This document shows positions 1 through 12,500 of a stretch of 64,000 nt of DNA, one piece after another; the stretch's first letter is position 1, and each line of letters opens with the position of its first letter. Origin of the DNA: Microcoleus sp. Lineage in GTDB: Bacteria; Cyanobacteriota; Cyanobacteriia; Cyanobacteriales; Microcoleaceae. Made by a program: the position numbers and the translations under genes. The stretch lies in assembly GCA_042408215.1 (NCBI GenBank), contig JAYFMW010000006.1, positions 672,001 through 736,000 on the forward strand, in the 5' to 3' direction. The notes below the pieces were generated by a model that saw only the letters and a list, made by a program, of their open reading frames with translations, was not told the DNA's origin and searched no databases.

Positions 1-32
1 GGTGCAAAGGCGATCGCAGTATATGCAGACAT
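1..32 (-). CDS. N-terminus of a probable type III-B Cas10/Cmr2 protein (runs off the left edge)
   Basis: Minus strand from the ATG at 32 reads MSAYTAIAFAP, resembling the YTAIxFAPVQ start of cyanobacterial Cmr2 proteins. It is adjacent to a WYL gene and a type III-like array. Only 10 full codons are visible. Confidence 0.55.
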   Translation of the reverse strand, partial: MSAYTAIAFA

Positions 33-283
33 AGATTCAATTTTAAAGCGGGCAGAGCCCACATGAATGCTGCTGGTAGTGTCTCAAGTAGCTAAACTGC
101 TTAAGTCCTACTCAACTCAGTATACCAGCCGAGTCAGCTCCATGTCTTCAGATTCACAATATTTATCAAATGTATTTTAAAGTACAAAGTTATTGTAAAT
201 AATAGCTTCCAGACAATTCTATATTTTTATGTCAATATTGTCTTTTACTTGAAATTTCAGCAACTTACTGATAGACACCCATC

Positions 284-1462
284 ATGGCAAAAAAACCAAC
301 CCCTCACCCCTACGCCGATCGACTAACGTTCGATCGCATAATGCTCCTAATTGCCACATTAGTAAACCATCCCGGAATCGGACACTCCGACACCGAAACA
401 TCCGACAGTAAATATCACGACGCTTTACTAGAAGTCAAATCTCAATTACAGAAAATTGCCGCCGAATTCAACATCGAATTCCCCGAAAACTATCCCGCAA
501 CTCCCACAATTCGCAAAGACTTAGAAACTTTGCGCCACTACGGAATCCTCGACAAAAGAATGTATCGCTTCGGATATTATCTCGGTACCGGCGCAATGAC
601 TCGCGAAGAACTACTTTTCGCATTTCAAGCAATAGCATCTCAAGCTAAATATCAAGGAAATCCCCAAGCCCGCAAAATTTGTGAAAAACTCACTAAACTG
701 TTGCGCGGATTAGATATCGAACTCAAAGGCCAATTGTTTTATCCGGTTCGCGAACACCTGAATCGTGCGATTATTTACACCGATCCTGTCGAAATGCTCG
801 ATCGCCAAGAATATCGGAATACCCTATTTCACAAATTAGAAACCGTAGAAACAGCCATAGTTCGAGGCCAGGCGATCGAACTTTACCGCGAAAAAGATTA
901 TTATGGTAAAGGCAATGTCGGTTTCCGGCGAATCTGGCCTCTGCAACTGATTTATCACGATATCGCCTGGTACCTGATTTGCGAAAATTGCGAAAACGGA
1001 CATTTGACCGTAGAACGGGTGAATCGCTTTACCGACTACTGCGAAATTATCGATCCAGAGGGGCGTGGTTTAGCCCTACAGGAACAAAGTTTGAAAATAG
1101 CCCAAAAGTTGTTAAAAAACGGCTGGGGGCTGTTTTTGGGCAATCCAGAGCAACAGCAGGCAGAATTGGAAGGTACGCTGAAGTTGCAAAAAGTGAAGGT
1201 GCGATTTTTTCAGAAGGTAGTTGGATTTATTCTAGAGGGCGATCGGCGACATCCGCGACAAAAGATTAACGAAGGCCCAAAGGATAGTTTTGGCAATCTG
1301 CTATATGTGGATTATCAGATAGATTTGCCCGATCGCTCTTTGAACGAATTTAGTCTATGGGTTAACAAATATATGGAAAACGCCCAAGTGCTTTCCCCGC
1401 CGAGTTTGGTGGAAAAACACCGACAAGCAGCGAGAGATTTGTGCGATCGATATAGCTTGTAA
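284..1462 (+). CDS. WYL-domain transcriptional regulator (wHTH-WYL-WCX), CRISPR-associated
   Basis: HTH-like TIRKDLETLR; WYL core RRIWPLQLIYHDIAWYLI...ERVNRF; C-terminal WCX-like AQVLSPPSLVE. Confidence 0.9.
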   Translation: MAKKPTPHPYADRLTFDRIMLLIATLVNHPGIGHSDTETSDSKYHDALLEVKSQLQKIAAEFNIEFPENYPATPTIRKDLETLRHYGILDKRMYRFGYYLGTGAMTREELLFAFQAIASQAKYQGNPQARKICEKLTKLLRGLDIELKGQLFYPVREHLNRAIIYTDPVEMLDRQEYRNTLFHKLETVETAIVRGQAIELYREKDYYGKGNVGFRRIWPLQLIYHDIAWYLICENCENGHLTVERVNRFTDYCEIIDPEGRGLALQEQSLKIAQKLLKNGWGLFLGNPEQQQAELEGTLKLQKVKVRFFQKVVGFILEGDRRHPRQKINEGPKDSFGNLLYVDYQIDLPDRSLNEFSLWVNKYMENAQVLSPPSLVEKHRQAARDLCDRYSL

Positions 1463-1468
1463 ATTCTC

Positions 1469-1654
1469 CTAGGGGCGGGTTTCATCAATCATGGTTCGAC
1501 TACGCTCACCAACCATAAAAGCTTAAAACCAACCATCTCAAAAACCCGCCCCCACCGGGCGAAAAAATCACCATCCAAATTCCCCAAATTATCCTAGGGC
1601 GGGTTACACAAACCATCTACGTCAGAAACCAACAACATAATAAACCCGCCCCCA
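1469..1654. repeat. Two REP-like palindromic repeats (TAGGG(G)CGGGTT...AACCCGCCCC family)
   Basis: The same inverted-repeat family recurs near 16728-16811, 27423-27700 and 31615-31772. Confidence 0.75.
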
Positions 1655-1676
1655 CATACTGAGAATTGTTATATTT

Positions 1677-1701
1677 AGCCCCGATTATGGGGCTTTTTTT
1701 T
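1677..1701 (+). terminator. Intrinsic terminator downstream of the WYL gene
   Basis: AGCCCC-gattat-GGGGCT stem followed by a T run. Confidence 0.75.
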
Positions 1702-1714
1702 GTGCTTGTTAATT

Positions 1715-2134
1715 CTTCGCAACTAGGATTGGTTGCAGAAATTTGAGTTGTAAAAGTTGGTCTTTGGAGTTTTCCAGAGGTTGAAAAGTTAGAGCTTTTG
1801 GCACAAAAGAAGGCTCTGATTTTTTAATTTCTGTTTGCGGTGTCGGGGGGATCGAAGCCTCCTTCGATTCCGCATTAATAGAAGACTTCGAAAAGCTTTG
1901 TCTTAGCTATGTATTTCTAGCAAGTGACAAGCTAACTTGCTAGACAGTGCCGTAACCCTTCGGCTGGGGGATAGGACGATGCCTTAAAGACGTTTACTCT
2001 ATGCGGTAGAGGCGTCCCCTAAAGGCATCCCCCCAAAATTAGACTACTAGAAATCTAGTCTTTTGTCAAGAGCTATTTATGGTTGCTCTTAAACTGTCGC
2101 ATTAATAGAAGACTTCCACTAATTTTGTTTTAGC
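1715..2134 (+). ncRNA. Candidate structured non-coding RNA between the WYL gene and the CRISPR trailer
   Basis: About ten consecutive stems, including a multi-stem domain closed by GACAGT(1943-1948)/ACTGTC(2093-2098). Wobble pairs read as G-U on the + strand. No long ORF with a start codon. Confidence 0.5.
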
Positions 2135-4267
<2,133 letters not shown>

Positions 4268-4460
4268 TCCTCTACATTAAACCTCATACAGCGCAAGATG
4301 TCTAGAGGCCATTTGCGAGGACTCCCAAAAATCTCTGTACAAACACCCTCCCAACCTATGTTACTAACACCTGAAACCCTTACAGGGCAGTATATCGAAG
4401 GCTCCGACGAACTTCGGTCATCACAGCCATTTCTTTCAGCCCTCGCGAGTGATATTAGAT
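4268..4460 (-). promoter_or_regulatory. CRISPR leader
   Basis: Non-coding region abutting the consensus-repeat end of the array, opposite the degenerate end. Confidence 0.6.
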
Positions 4461-4558
4461 AATCACCGACCCCGGCAACTCCGTGACAGGCGGGCCCACC
4501 CCCCAAGTCTGGACATTACCCAAAGTATGCCCCGACACAGGATAGAACCTGATGCTAC

Positions 4559-7500
4559 TCATTCCCCGACTCCTGACGGTGCAACCTCTACGTTTTTCAA
4601 AGCCGTCTCAACTCTTTGATACTCAGCTTCAACTTGTTCTAAAACCTCCCCGGCTTTCGCAGAGAAAGGCTTGTTCGCATTGAGCCCAATCCGCGCCATG
4701 ACTTCGAGTTCCTCGCACAACTCAAACAAGCGAAAAGCACCGAGAGTACCGCTAATCGATTTCAAAGAGTGAGCCGCCTGCCGTAAATCCAGCGGAGCGG
4801 CACTATTTACAGCCGCAGAGATGCCAAGCAGCAATTGGGGGGCTGTTTCGAGGTAAATTTCAATCACCTCATCTAAGGCCTCTACTTCTCGTAATCCATC
4901 CAGAATTTTTTGACTCAGACAGTTATCATCTTCTGGCGCGCCCTCAACAGTAAATTGACTGGGCGCAGGTTTTGCATCAGCAATTGTGCATTGTTGATTT
5001 CCGGTAAAAGTCAAATTCGTTAGCGCAGCCCTCGAAGTCGATCGCACTTCTAATTCACTTTTTCCCCCTATCTGTTCAGCATTGGAGTTAACAGAAACCA
5101 TAGATGGAACTCGATCGCACTCCCGATTAGATCTAGATTTACAGGCGCTTAAAACTCGAACAAGTTCCTCGATTTCGATCGGCTTGCTCAAATAGTCGTC
5201 CATCCCCGCAGCCATACACTCTTCGCGATCGCCCTGCATCGCATTTGCCGTCATCGCCACCACGATCGGCCGCTCAGTATCCCCCCATTCTTGACAAATC
5301 AGCCGCGAAGCTTCCAAACCGTCCATTTCCGGCATTTGCACATCCATCAGCACCACATCGTAAGGCTGGCGGCGCAAAGCTTCGATCGCTTCGAGACCAT
5401 TTCCGGCGACATCTGCGCGATACCCCATCCGCTGCAAAATCCGCAAAGCCACCTTCTGATTCACCGGGTGATCGTCAGCCAAAAGAATCCGCAGCGGTGA
5501 CTGCTCGGCTAGTACAGGTATAGTTTGCAAGAAAGTCCCACGGTTGGGCTGCACTCTAACTTCTGTTGCCGATTCCCGAAAAATATTGATCAAAACATTG
5601 TAAAGCTGAGATTGTTTGATCGGCTTATTCAAAAAAGCAGCAAAATCCACATCCCAAGCCTGGGTGTCGATTTCTTGCCTACCCATCGAAGTCAGCATGA
5701 CTAAAGGCAACTGTTCTCCGTCGGGATACTGGCGAATTTGCGCCGCTAAAGTCAACCCGTCCATTTCCGGCATTTGCATATCTAAAACCGCCAAGTCAAA
5801 CTGTTCTTTGGCAGCGAGCCACTCTAAAGCCAAACGAGCCGAACCAGAAGTTCGAGTCACCATTCCCCAAGACTGAGCTTGGAGAGTCAAAATTTGGCGG
5901 TTGGTAGCATTGTCATCCACAATCAGCACTCGCTTTCCGGCTAATTCAGGTTGAGAATTGCTCAAGTTAAGTGGCAAGGAACAATGGCTGGATGAAACGA
6001 TCGTCGTGAAATAAAAGGTAGAACCCGTCGATTTTAAATTTTGGGCGATCGACTTGCCAGCAAGTGTTGATTTGGGAGAGGAACATTGTTCGGTGATGTC
6101 TTCAGATGCTCCCCATTCCCCATCCCAAACTGCTGCTTGAAAATCTTCGGGAGGACACCCGGCCAAGTTGCCCATACTTTCCACCCACATCCGGCCGCCC
6201 ATCATTTTGACCAAACGCTTGCTAATTGCCAAACCCAATCCCGTACCGCCGTAGTGTCGGCTTGTGGAAGAATCAACCTGGCTGAAAGATTTAAACAGCC
6301 GATCCATGCGATCGCTTGGAATACCGATGCCAGTATCTTTAACCGCGAATTGTATTTCGTATGTTTGGTTAATTGCTAATTTTTCGCTATTAATTACTGC
6401 TGGTTCTGTGGCGATCGCAAAGGGCACTGACATCTTTCTAGCAGTGCAGGACACCACAACTTCTCCAGTTGCTGTAAATTTAACTGCATTGCTGAGCAAA
6501 TTGATTAAAATTTGCCTCAAGCGGGCGCTATCGCCGATCGCCGTGGATGGTACTGAACGGTCGATCAAATAACCCAATTCGAGTTGTTTTTGTGCCGCCT
6601 TAGCAGCTACCAAGTCGAGAGATTCCTCAATGCAAGTGCGGATGTCAAAGGGATGTTCCTCCAAGTCCAATTTGCCCGATTCAATTTTCGAGAAATCTAG
6701 AATATCGTTAATCAGAGTTAGCAAGGCATCGCCGCTGCTGCGGATAGTTTCTACAAAATCCCGTTGTTCGGAAGTTAAGCGGGTATCCAGCAGCAAGCCT
6801 GTCATGCCGATGACCCCATTCATCGGGGTGCGAATTTCGTGGCTCATGGTGGCCAAAAATTCACTTTTGGCTCTGGTAGCCGCCAGTGCTTCGTCGCGGG
6901 CTTTTGCCAAATCGATGTCTGTTTGCGATAGTTCGAGTTCACTACCTACCCACTGAGCCATCAGTTTCACCAACTCTCTATCTACAACTCGGAACGGTTC
7001 GCAAAGAGGTGTTGAACTCCAGAAGCACAGGGTGCCGTAAACTTTACCGGCCACTGTTACGGGAATGCCCATGTAAGCTTCTATATTGAAGGCCTCGTCG
7101 AGATTGTTGAAGGAAAAACCCGAATATCTGATCGACTCAAAGTGAAGCGGTTCTTTGATCGTTGCCGTAGCCACGCAGAAGGTTTTTTCCAAGTCATAGA
7201 TTTGTCCTTTGACGATCGACCCGTCTGGACACTCAACAGCAATGATTTGATAGTTGTCGCCTTCAATAGCCGACAAAATCCCAACCTCTAGCCCAAACTG
7301 TTGGCATCCCATAGCCAGCAGTTCTTGGAGGCGCAAATCAAAGGTAGAGAAGCGGTTGAGCGGGTCTGTACCGGGAGCCGAAGTCACTTGATACAAAGCT
7401 TTAATTGCAGCTTCGCTTTCTCGCAGTTCTTGTTCTGTTTGCTTTCGCAGGCTGATGTCGCGCGAGATGCCGATAATTTCTTGCACTTCGCCGGAAACCT

Positions 7501-8929
7501 TGTCGCGGATGGTGCGGCTGGTGGTTTCAAACCAGATGTATTGGCCGTCTTGGCGGCGGACGCGGTAGCTGACGGTGTATGTAATTGGCAGCGCCATTAC
7601 TTTTGTGTGTGCTTTGGCGATATCTTCTAAATCCTCGGGGTGAAAATAATCCTTGGGGAGGCGGCCGATTAGTTCCGATGGTTCGTATCCCAGCAATGCG
7701 TGACAGGCGGGCGAGACGTAAACAAAAACGCCTTCGGGGTTGTGTCTGCTGATCATGTCGGTTGAGTTCTCAGCCATCAACCGATAGCGGTCTTCGCTTT
7801 CATTGCGTTCGACTTGAGAATTACTCAATGCTTCTAGCATCCGGTTGATGGCGTCGGCCAGGCCGGAGAGTTCATCTGCTCCGGGCATCTGAACGCGCAA
7901 GTCTGGGTCGCCGTTGGCTGCGATGTTGCTGACACTGGTACTCAAGTCATGCAATCTCGCCAAGACTAATTTTTCTAGCAATAACAGGGCGATCGCGCTA
8001 AATATTAAACCTACTGCCAATATCGACAAAGTAAACAGCTCCAAGGTAGCTTGACCCTGGCGATAGATGATGCGATCGACCTCTACTCGCAGCAGCAGCC
8101 CTAGGTTGCCACTGATGTCCCGAATCAGCGCATATCCTGCGACTTTGCTTTCACTGACTGGCTCGACTAAAATTTCTACTGATTTGAGGTGGGAAATCTG
8201 GAGTTGGCGATTTTCCACCAGGCCCGATTTAGGTACTACCAAGGTGCCCAGGCTTGAGTAGCTCGTCGCTCCCACTTTAAAATTTAAACTCGGTAATCTA
8301 AAATCCACTGACAGGTGAGTCAGTTCTGACAGCAAACCGATTTCGGTGCGATCGAGATAGCGCCCTAGTATCAGCGTCCCCTGGGCTGGGCCTTCAGCAT
8401 TACTGTTGAGGATCGGCTTTGAAGCAATCAGCAGCGTGGCTTCTGGCAGGGTGAGGACGCCTGTTTTATTACGTCCCGGGCGATCGCCCAGAGTACCAGT
8501 CCCAGAATTTAGGAGCGCCTCTGTCAAGTGCTGTTTTAAGTTTTCGGGAATCGGGATTTCGGTTTTGGACTTGAGGTCGAAACCTTTACTGAAGACGGTC
8601 TGACCCTTGGAGTCCAGCAGCACCAATAAATTTAGCCTTAAGTAAATAAATGTGGAATCCACCAAATTTGATTTGACAAAATCAGCATTATGTGTATTGA
8701 CAAACGAGTAGGTGTCGTCCCACTCAGCGTAATCTCGTGCACTGGTGTCTAAATTCGACAAATCATCATCTAAGGCATCCAAAGCCCGCGCGACATCCAG
8801 GCGGACGTACTGGGCCTCCAGGTTGCGGAAATCGTGCAGCAAGATGGTTGATGCAGTGGCATAGAGAACCACAATTAGGCTGATCAGCGCAGCACCGACG
8901 ATTAATAGTGTTTTTTTGCGGAGTTGCAT
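4559..8929 (-). CDS. Hybrid sensor histidine kinase (CHASE4-HAMP-PAS-GAF-HisKA-HATPase-REC-REC-Hpt)
   Basis: DYAEWDDTY (CHASE4), FLATMSHEIRTPMNG H-box, GGTGLGLAI G2 box, two receiver domains, AHSLKS Hpt. Confidence 0.95.
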   Translation of the reverse strand: MQLRKKTLLIVGAALISLIVVLYATASTILLHDFRNLEAQYVRLDVARALDALDDDLSNLDTSARDYAEWDDTYSFVNTHNADFVKSNLVDSTFIYLRLNLLVLLDSKGQTVFSKGFDLKSKTEIPIPENLKQHLTEALLNSGTGTLGDRPGRNKTGVLTLPEATLLIASKPILNSNAEGPAQGTLILGRYLDRTEIGLLSELTHLSVDFRLPSLNFKVGATSYSSLGTLVVPKSGLVENRQLQISHLKSVEILVEPVSESKVAGYALIRDISGNLGLLLRVEVDRIIYRQGQATLELFTLSILAVGLIFSAIALLLLEKLVLARLHDLSTSVSNIAANGDPDLRVQMPGADELSGLADAINRMLEALSNSQVERNESEDRYRLMAENSTDMISRHNPEGVFVYVSPACHALLGYEPSELIGRLPKDYFHPEDLEDIAKAHTKVMALPITYTVSYRVRRQDGQYIWFETTSRTIRDKVSGEVQEIIGISRDISLRKQTEQELRESEAAIKALYQVTSAPGTDPLNRFSTFDLRLQELLAMGCQQFGLEVGILSAIEGDNYQIIAVECPDGSIVKGQIYDLEKTFCVATATIKEPLHFESIRYSGFSFNNLDEAFNIEAYMGIPVTVAGKVYGTLCFWSSTPLCEPFRVVDRELVKLMAQWVGSELELSQTDIDLAKARDEALAATRAKSEFLATMSHEIRTPMNGVIGMTGLLLDTRLTSEQRDFVETIRSSGDALLTLINDILDFSKIESGKLDLEEHPFDIRTCIEESLDLVAAKAAQKQLELGYLIDRSVPSTAIGDSARLRQILINLLSNAVKFTATGEVVVSCTARKMSVPFAIATEPAVINSEKLAINQTYEIQFAVKDTGIGIPSDRMDRLFKSFSQVDSSTSRHYGGTGLGLAISKRLVKMMGGRMWVESMGNLAGCPPEDFQAAVWDGEWGASEDITEQCSSPKSTLAGKSIAQNLKSTGSTFYFTTIVSSSHCSLPLNLSNSQPELAGKRVLIVDDNATNRQILTLQAQSWGMVTRTSGSARLALEWLAAKEQFDLAVLDMQMPEMDGLTLAAQIRQYPDGEQLPLVMLTSMGRQEIDTQAWDVDFAAFLNKPIKQSQLYNVLINIFRESATEVRVQPNRGTFLQTIPVLAEQSPLRILLADDHPVNQKVALRILQRMGYRADVAGNGLEAIEALRRQPYDVVLMDVQMPEMDGLEASRLICQEWGDTERPIVVAMTANAMQGDREECMAAGMDDYLSKPIEIEELVRVLSACKSRSNRECDRVPSMVSVNSNAEQIGGKSELEVRSTSRAALTNLTFTGNQQCTIADAKPAPSQFTVEGAPEDDNCLSQKILDGLREVEALDEVIEIYLETAPQLLLGISAAVNSAAPLDLRQAAHSLKSISGTLGAFRLFELCEELEVMARIGLNANKPFSAKAGEVLEQVEAEYQRVETALKNVEVAPSGVGE

Positions 8930-9584
8930 GGTGTCGCCCTCCTCACGGTGCTACTAGGCAACTAGCCTGTGGAGGTTGTTTGAGATGTAAATCGTTAAGC
9001 ATATCGACAGGGCCTGGGTGTGTTGACGCTTGCTGGGCTGTTCAAGCCATTGGTATGCCCAAGGTATCGGGTATCTCGCCCATCACAGTCTAATGTAGTA
9101 TTTCCATGCCTTTAGTTCCTTACTGATTATCCATAGTCTATAAACTACGAGTTATTACCTCAATATCAGTATTTTCTCTGATTCTAACGGGTCAATCGGA
9201 AAACAATTAAAGTTTGATACTGCCGGATGTTGGCGACGGGAGGCTGGTTTTACAGATGCTGGGTGGATGGCCTCAAGTATTACTCTAGCTACAAATTAAT
9301 AGTGCGATCGCTCCCCCGGTTGGGCGTAGTTTTGTCAAAAAAAAGGTGCGCCTCCAGAAGCTTTGTGGAATATTTTAAGTTATTTTCGCTCAGTATTTTT
9401 GATTAAGTTTTTTGGCGCGAGGCTTTCCCTTCCCCAAAAAATATCAAAGGGAAAACCGATCGTTTTCCCTTTGATATTTGGTATTAATCGACTTAACTGC
9501 GATGGTTCGACTCCGCTCACCAACCATCGAGTTTTTGTGATTTCTGACTGCTGACGAATCAGGAATGCCTAATTTCGATCGCCT

Positions 9585-12500
9585 TTACCGGAGCACAGCT
9601 AAAGCACCAGCACCGGCTGACGCCGCGGCCGAGGAAAGAGCGGTAAAAAACAGCCACCAAGCCGCAACTTCTGCTGCTTTGCGAGTTTCTTCCGCTTTTT
9701 GTTCCGCTTGCAATTTGATGCTTTCCAGGCGGATTTGCGCTGATTGATGCAAGCGTTCGGCTCTTTGCAGGACGGTGTTTCGGCTGCTTTCGATTTGGTC
9801 GATCAAGCGGTTCGCGTCTGCTTCGGAAATGTCCTCGCGGGAACTAATGAGTGCGACTATTGTATCGCGATTGAATTGACTGAGCCGATCGCGCAAAGCA
9901 TCAAATCCGGCTTGCGGATCGTCAAATAACTGACGAACATCCCGCGTGATACCTTCGTAATTGAGTTCAGGTCGATCGAGAGAATTGAGGTAATCCCGAA
10001 CCTTTGCCAGAATCCCGTCAATTACAGACTGAATGCGCTCCTGTATTTTCTGAATTTGCTGTTGGAATTGGTCGCGCACCGACACAATTTGATCGACAAT
10101 GCGATTAGCTTCTGCTTCCGAAATATCCGGCCGCTGAGACAACAGAGAAACGATTGTCGCTCGATCGATATGCGACAGCCGATCGCCCAAACTGTAAGCG
10201 CCGACTTTTGGGTCATGCAGCAGCAGTTGCAAGTCACGCTTGATGGCTTCGGGATTTAATTCTTCCTTGCCTGTATGGCGCAAATAATCTGCTAAAACAC
10301 CCTGAAAATCTTGCACTTGAATTTGCATCCGTCTTGCTAAACGGCGCGGCGCTTTCACAATCGAGCCAATTGTATCCTGCACTTGGTCGATAATTTGATT
10401 AACTTGTTCCTCGGTCAAATCTTCTCTTTGAGAAAGCAGTTTTACCCAAGTTTCGCGGTCAAATTTAGACAGGCGAAATCCCAGGGCTAAAGCTCCTGCT
10501 TTGGGATGTTCCAGCAATTTGGTCAAATCGCGCTTAATCCCTTCAGGATTAAGTTCTGATTTGCCCGTATTCCGCAGATAATCTGCCAGCGCAGTAGTTG
10601 TTTCGTCGTACTGTTCCTTAGCTTTGTCCGCAATCTTTTGCGGTGCGTTCAGGGCGCTATGCCAAGTCTCTTCTGCGCTGTCTAGGAGTTGATTCACTTG
10701 GTCTTCGCTGAGGTCTTTCCGCTGAGATAGCAATTTTACCAAAGTTTCGCGATCGAACTTAGAAGCTCTCGATTTCAGCGCCCACATTCCCGCTTCGGGA
10801 TTATCTAACAGGGTTTTGAAATCGCGCTTAATGCCTTCGGGATTGAGTTCCGCTTGGCCCGTAGACTGCAAGTATTCTTGCACTTTTTGCCACTGGTTGT
10901 CTAGGCGGACTTTAGCTGCTTCTTGCAGGCCTTGAGCATCTGCCAAAACTACATCTTTTGTCCTTTCCAACTCTTTAACAATCTGTTCTACTTCCTGAAA
11001 GCCGAAGTTTTCCCGACCTCTGAGGATTTGGACGAAACTATCGCGGGTGTAAGGAGCAAGCCGATCGCGCAACTGTTCGTAAGTAGCATCGTCATCTTCT
11101 AGAATTTGCTTGAAATCCTTGTCAATACCTGCTGCTGTCAGTTCCTCTTTTGGCGTCAAATTCAAATATGTTTCCAATCGCCACTGCAAATCGCGGGTTT
11201 TTTCTTCCTCCTCCGCCAAAATAACTGTGTTTAAAACTCGCTTTCTAATAGCTTCCAATTCATTAACAATTTCTTTGATTTTGCTTTGAGTAAACACTCC
11301 TCTGCTGGCCAGAATTTCTGCAAACTTTGACTGATTGAGTTTTTCTAATTCGCGGCGAACTGTTCCCGGATCGGCGGTGGGATCGTAGATAACTTCTCGA
11401 AATTCGCGCTCGATAGTTTGCGGGTTCATCTGCCAGGAATAAGCATTGAGCAGGTAGTTTTCTACATCGGCTCGAATAGGGCTGTAAGGTTCTGGTTCGC
11501 CTTTGACTTGAGCGGTAATTTTATCAGTTTGCTGGCTAACTTTGTCTTTGGCTGTTTTTAACTGACCGACTACTTTTTCCACATCGAAGTCAGAAATATC
11601 AGTCCGTCCCAATACTATTCCCATTAAAGCATTGACTGCCATTGTCGTTGCTTGGGACATCATTGTTGGGCTTTGTCCTTGATTTTGACTCCCCAGATTT
11701 CCCAGGGCTTGTTCTACTCTACTTGTCAATTTATCTGAGAGCAATTCTCCAGATTTTGCCGATTTGAGATATTCTACTAATTGGGCAATCCCGTCTGTTT
11801 GCTGTCCTTGTTTTCCTACTTGTTTCCAAGCGTCTTGGAGTTGGTCTACAATGCGGTTGACGTCGCGTTTTGATAGGTCCGATCGCGAACTGACTAATTC
11901 TACAAGGGTTTGGCGATCGAGATTGGGCAAATTTTCGCCAGCAATAGATTTGAGTTGCGGATCGTTGAGCAATTTTTCAAACTCACTCCGCATCCCTTTG
12001 ATGTCTAATTCAGGCGGTTTGAGGCTGTGAATATAGTCTTCGACGTTTTCCCGCAGACTTATGGGATCGATCGCGCTACCGAGCTCGTGGCCCACTGCTG
12101 CTGCTGCGGCTTTGGCTGTGGCCACCACTTGATTGCTGGCTGCTTTTGCGCCCAGGGCGGCGGCTGCGGTGCCGACAATCGCTTGAAAGCCTGATGTGGC
12201 GGTGTTGACGACGGAACCGATCAGGGAACCGACGGTGGTGGAGCTCACCCACACCAGCATGGAGAAGTAGGTGGCCCACACGACTAAGCCGACGATCGCA
12301 CCTAAACCGGGGCTGCTAATCAAGCTGAGTTTAACTGCTAGCAAGCAGGCGAAGAATAGGGCGATGGTAACGGTGATTAGCGTCCAAGTTCCTACCTTTT
12401 TACCGATGTGCCGCACTTGGGGGCTGTCGCCGTCAGCAGGGGAACTTTCGTGGGATTGATTTCCCATGTAAGAAAGGCCGGCTGCTACTGATAAGTTGGT

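Noticed and set aside
1871..2134. 37-nt pair as a DGR template/variable repeat or a target-site duplication
   Set aside because: The differences are not adenine-specific on either strand and no reverse transcriptase is in view. The pair is imperfect and too long for a typical TSD.
1715..2134. tracrRNA
   Set aside because: No extended anti-repeat is present; I found only about 7 nt of complementarity to the repeat.
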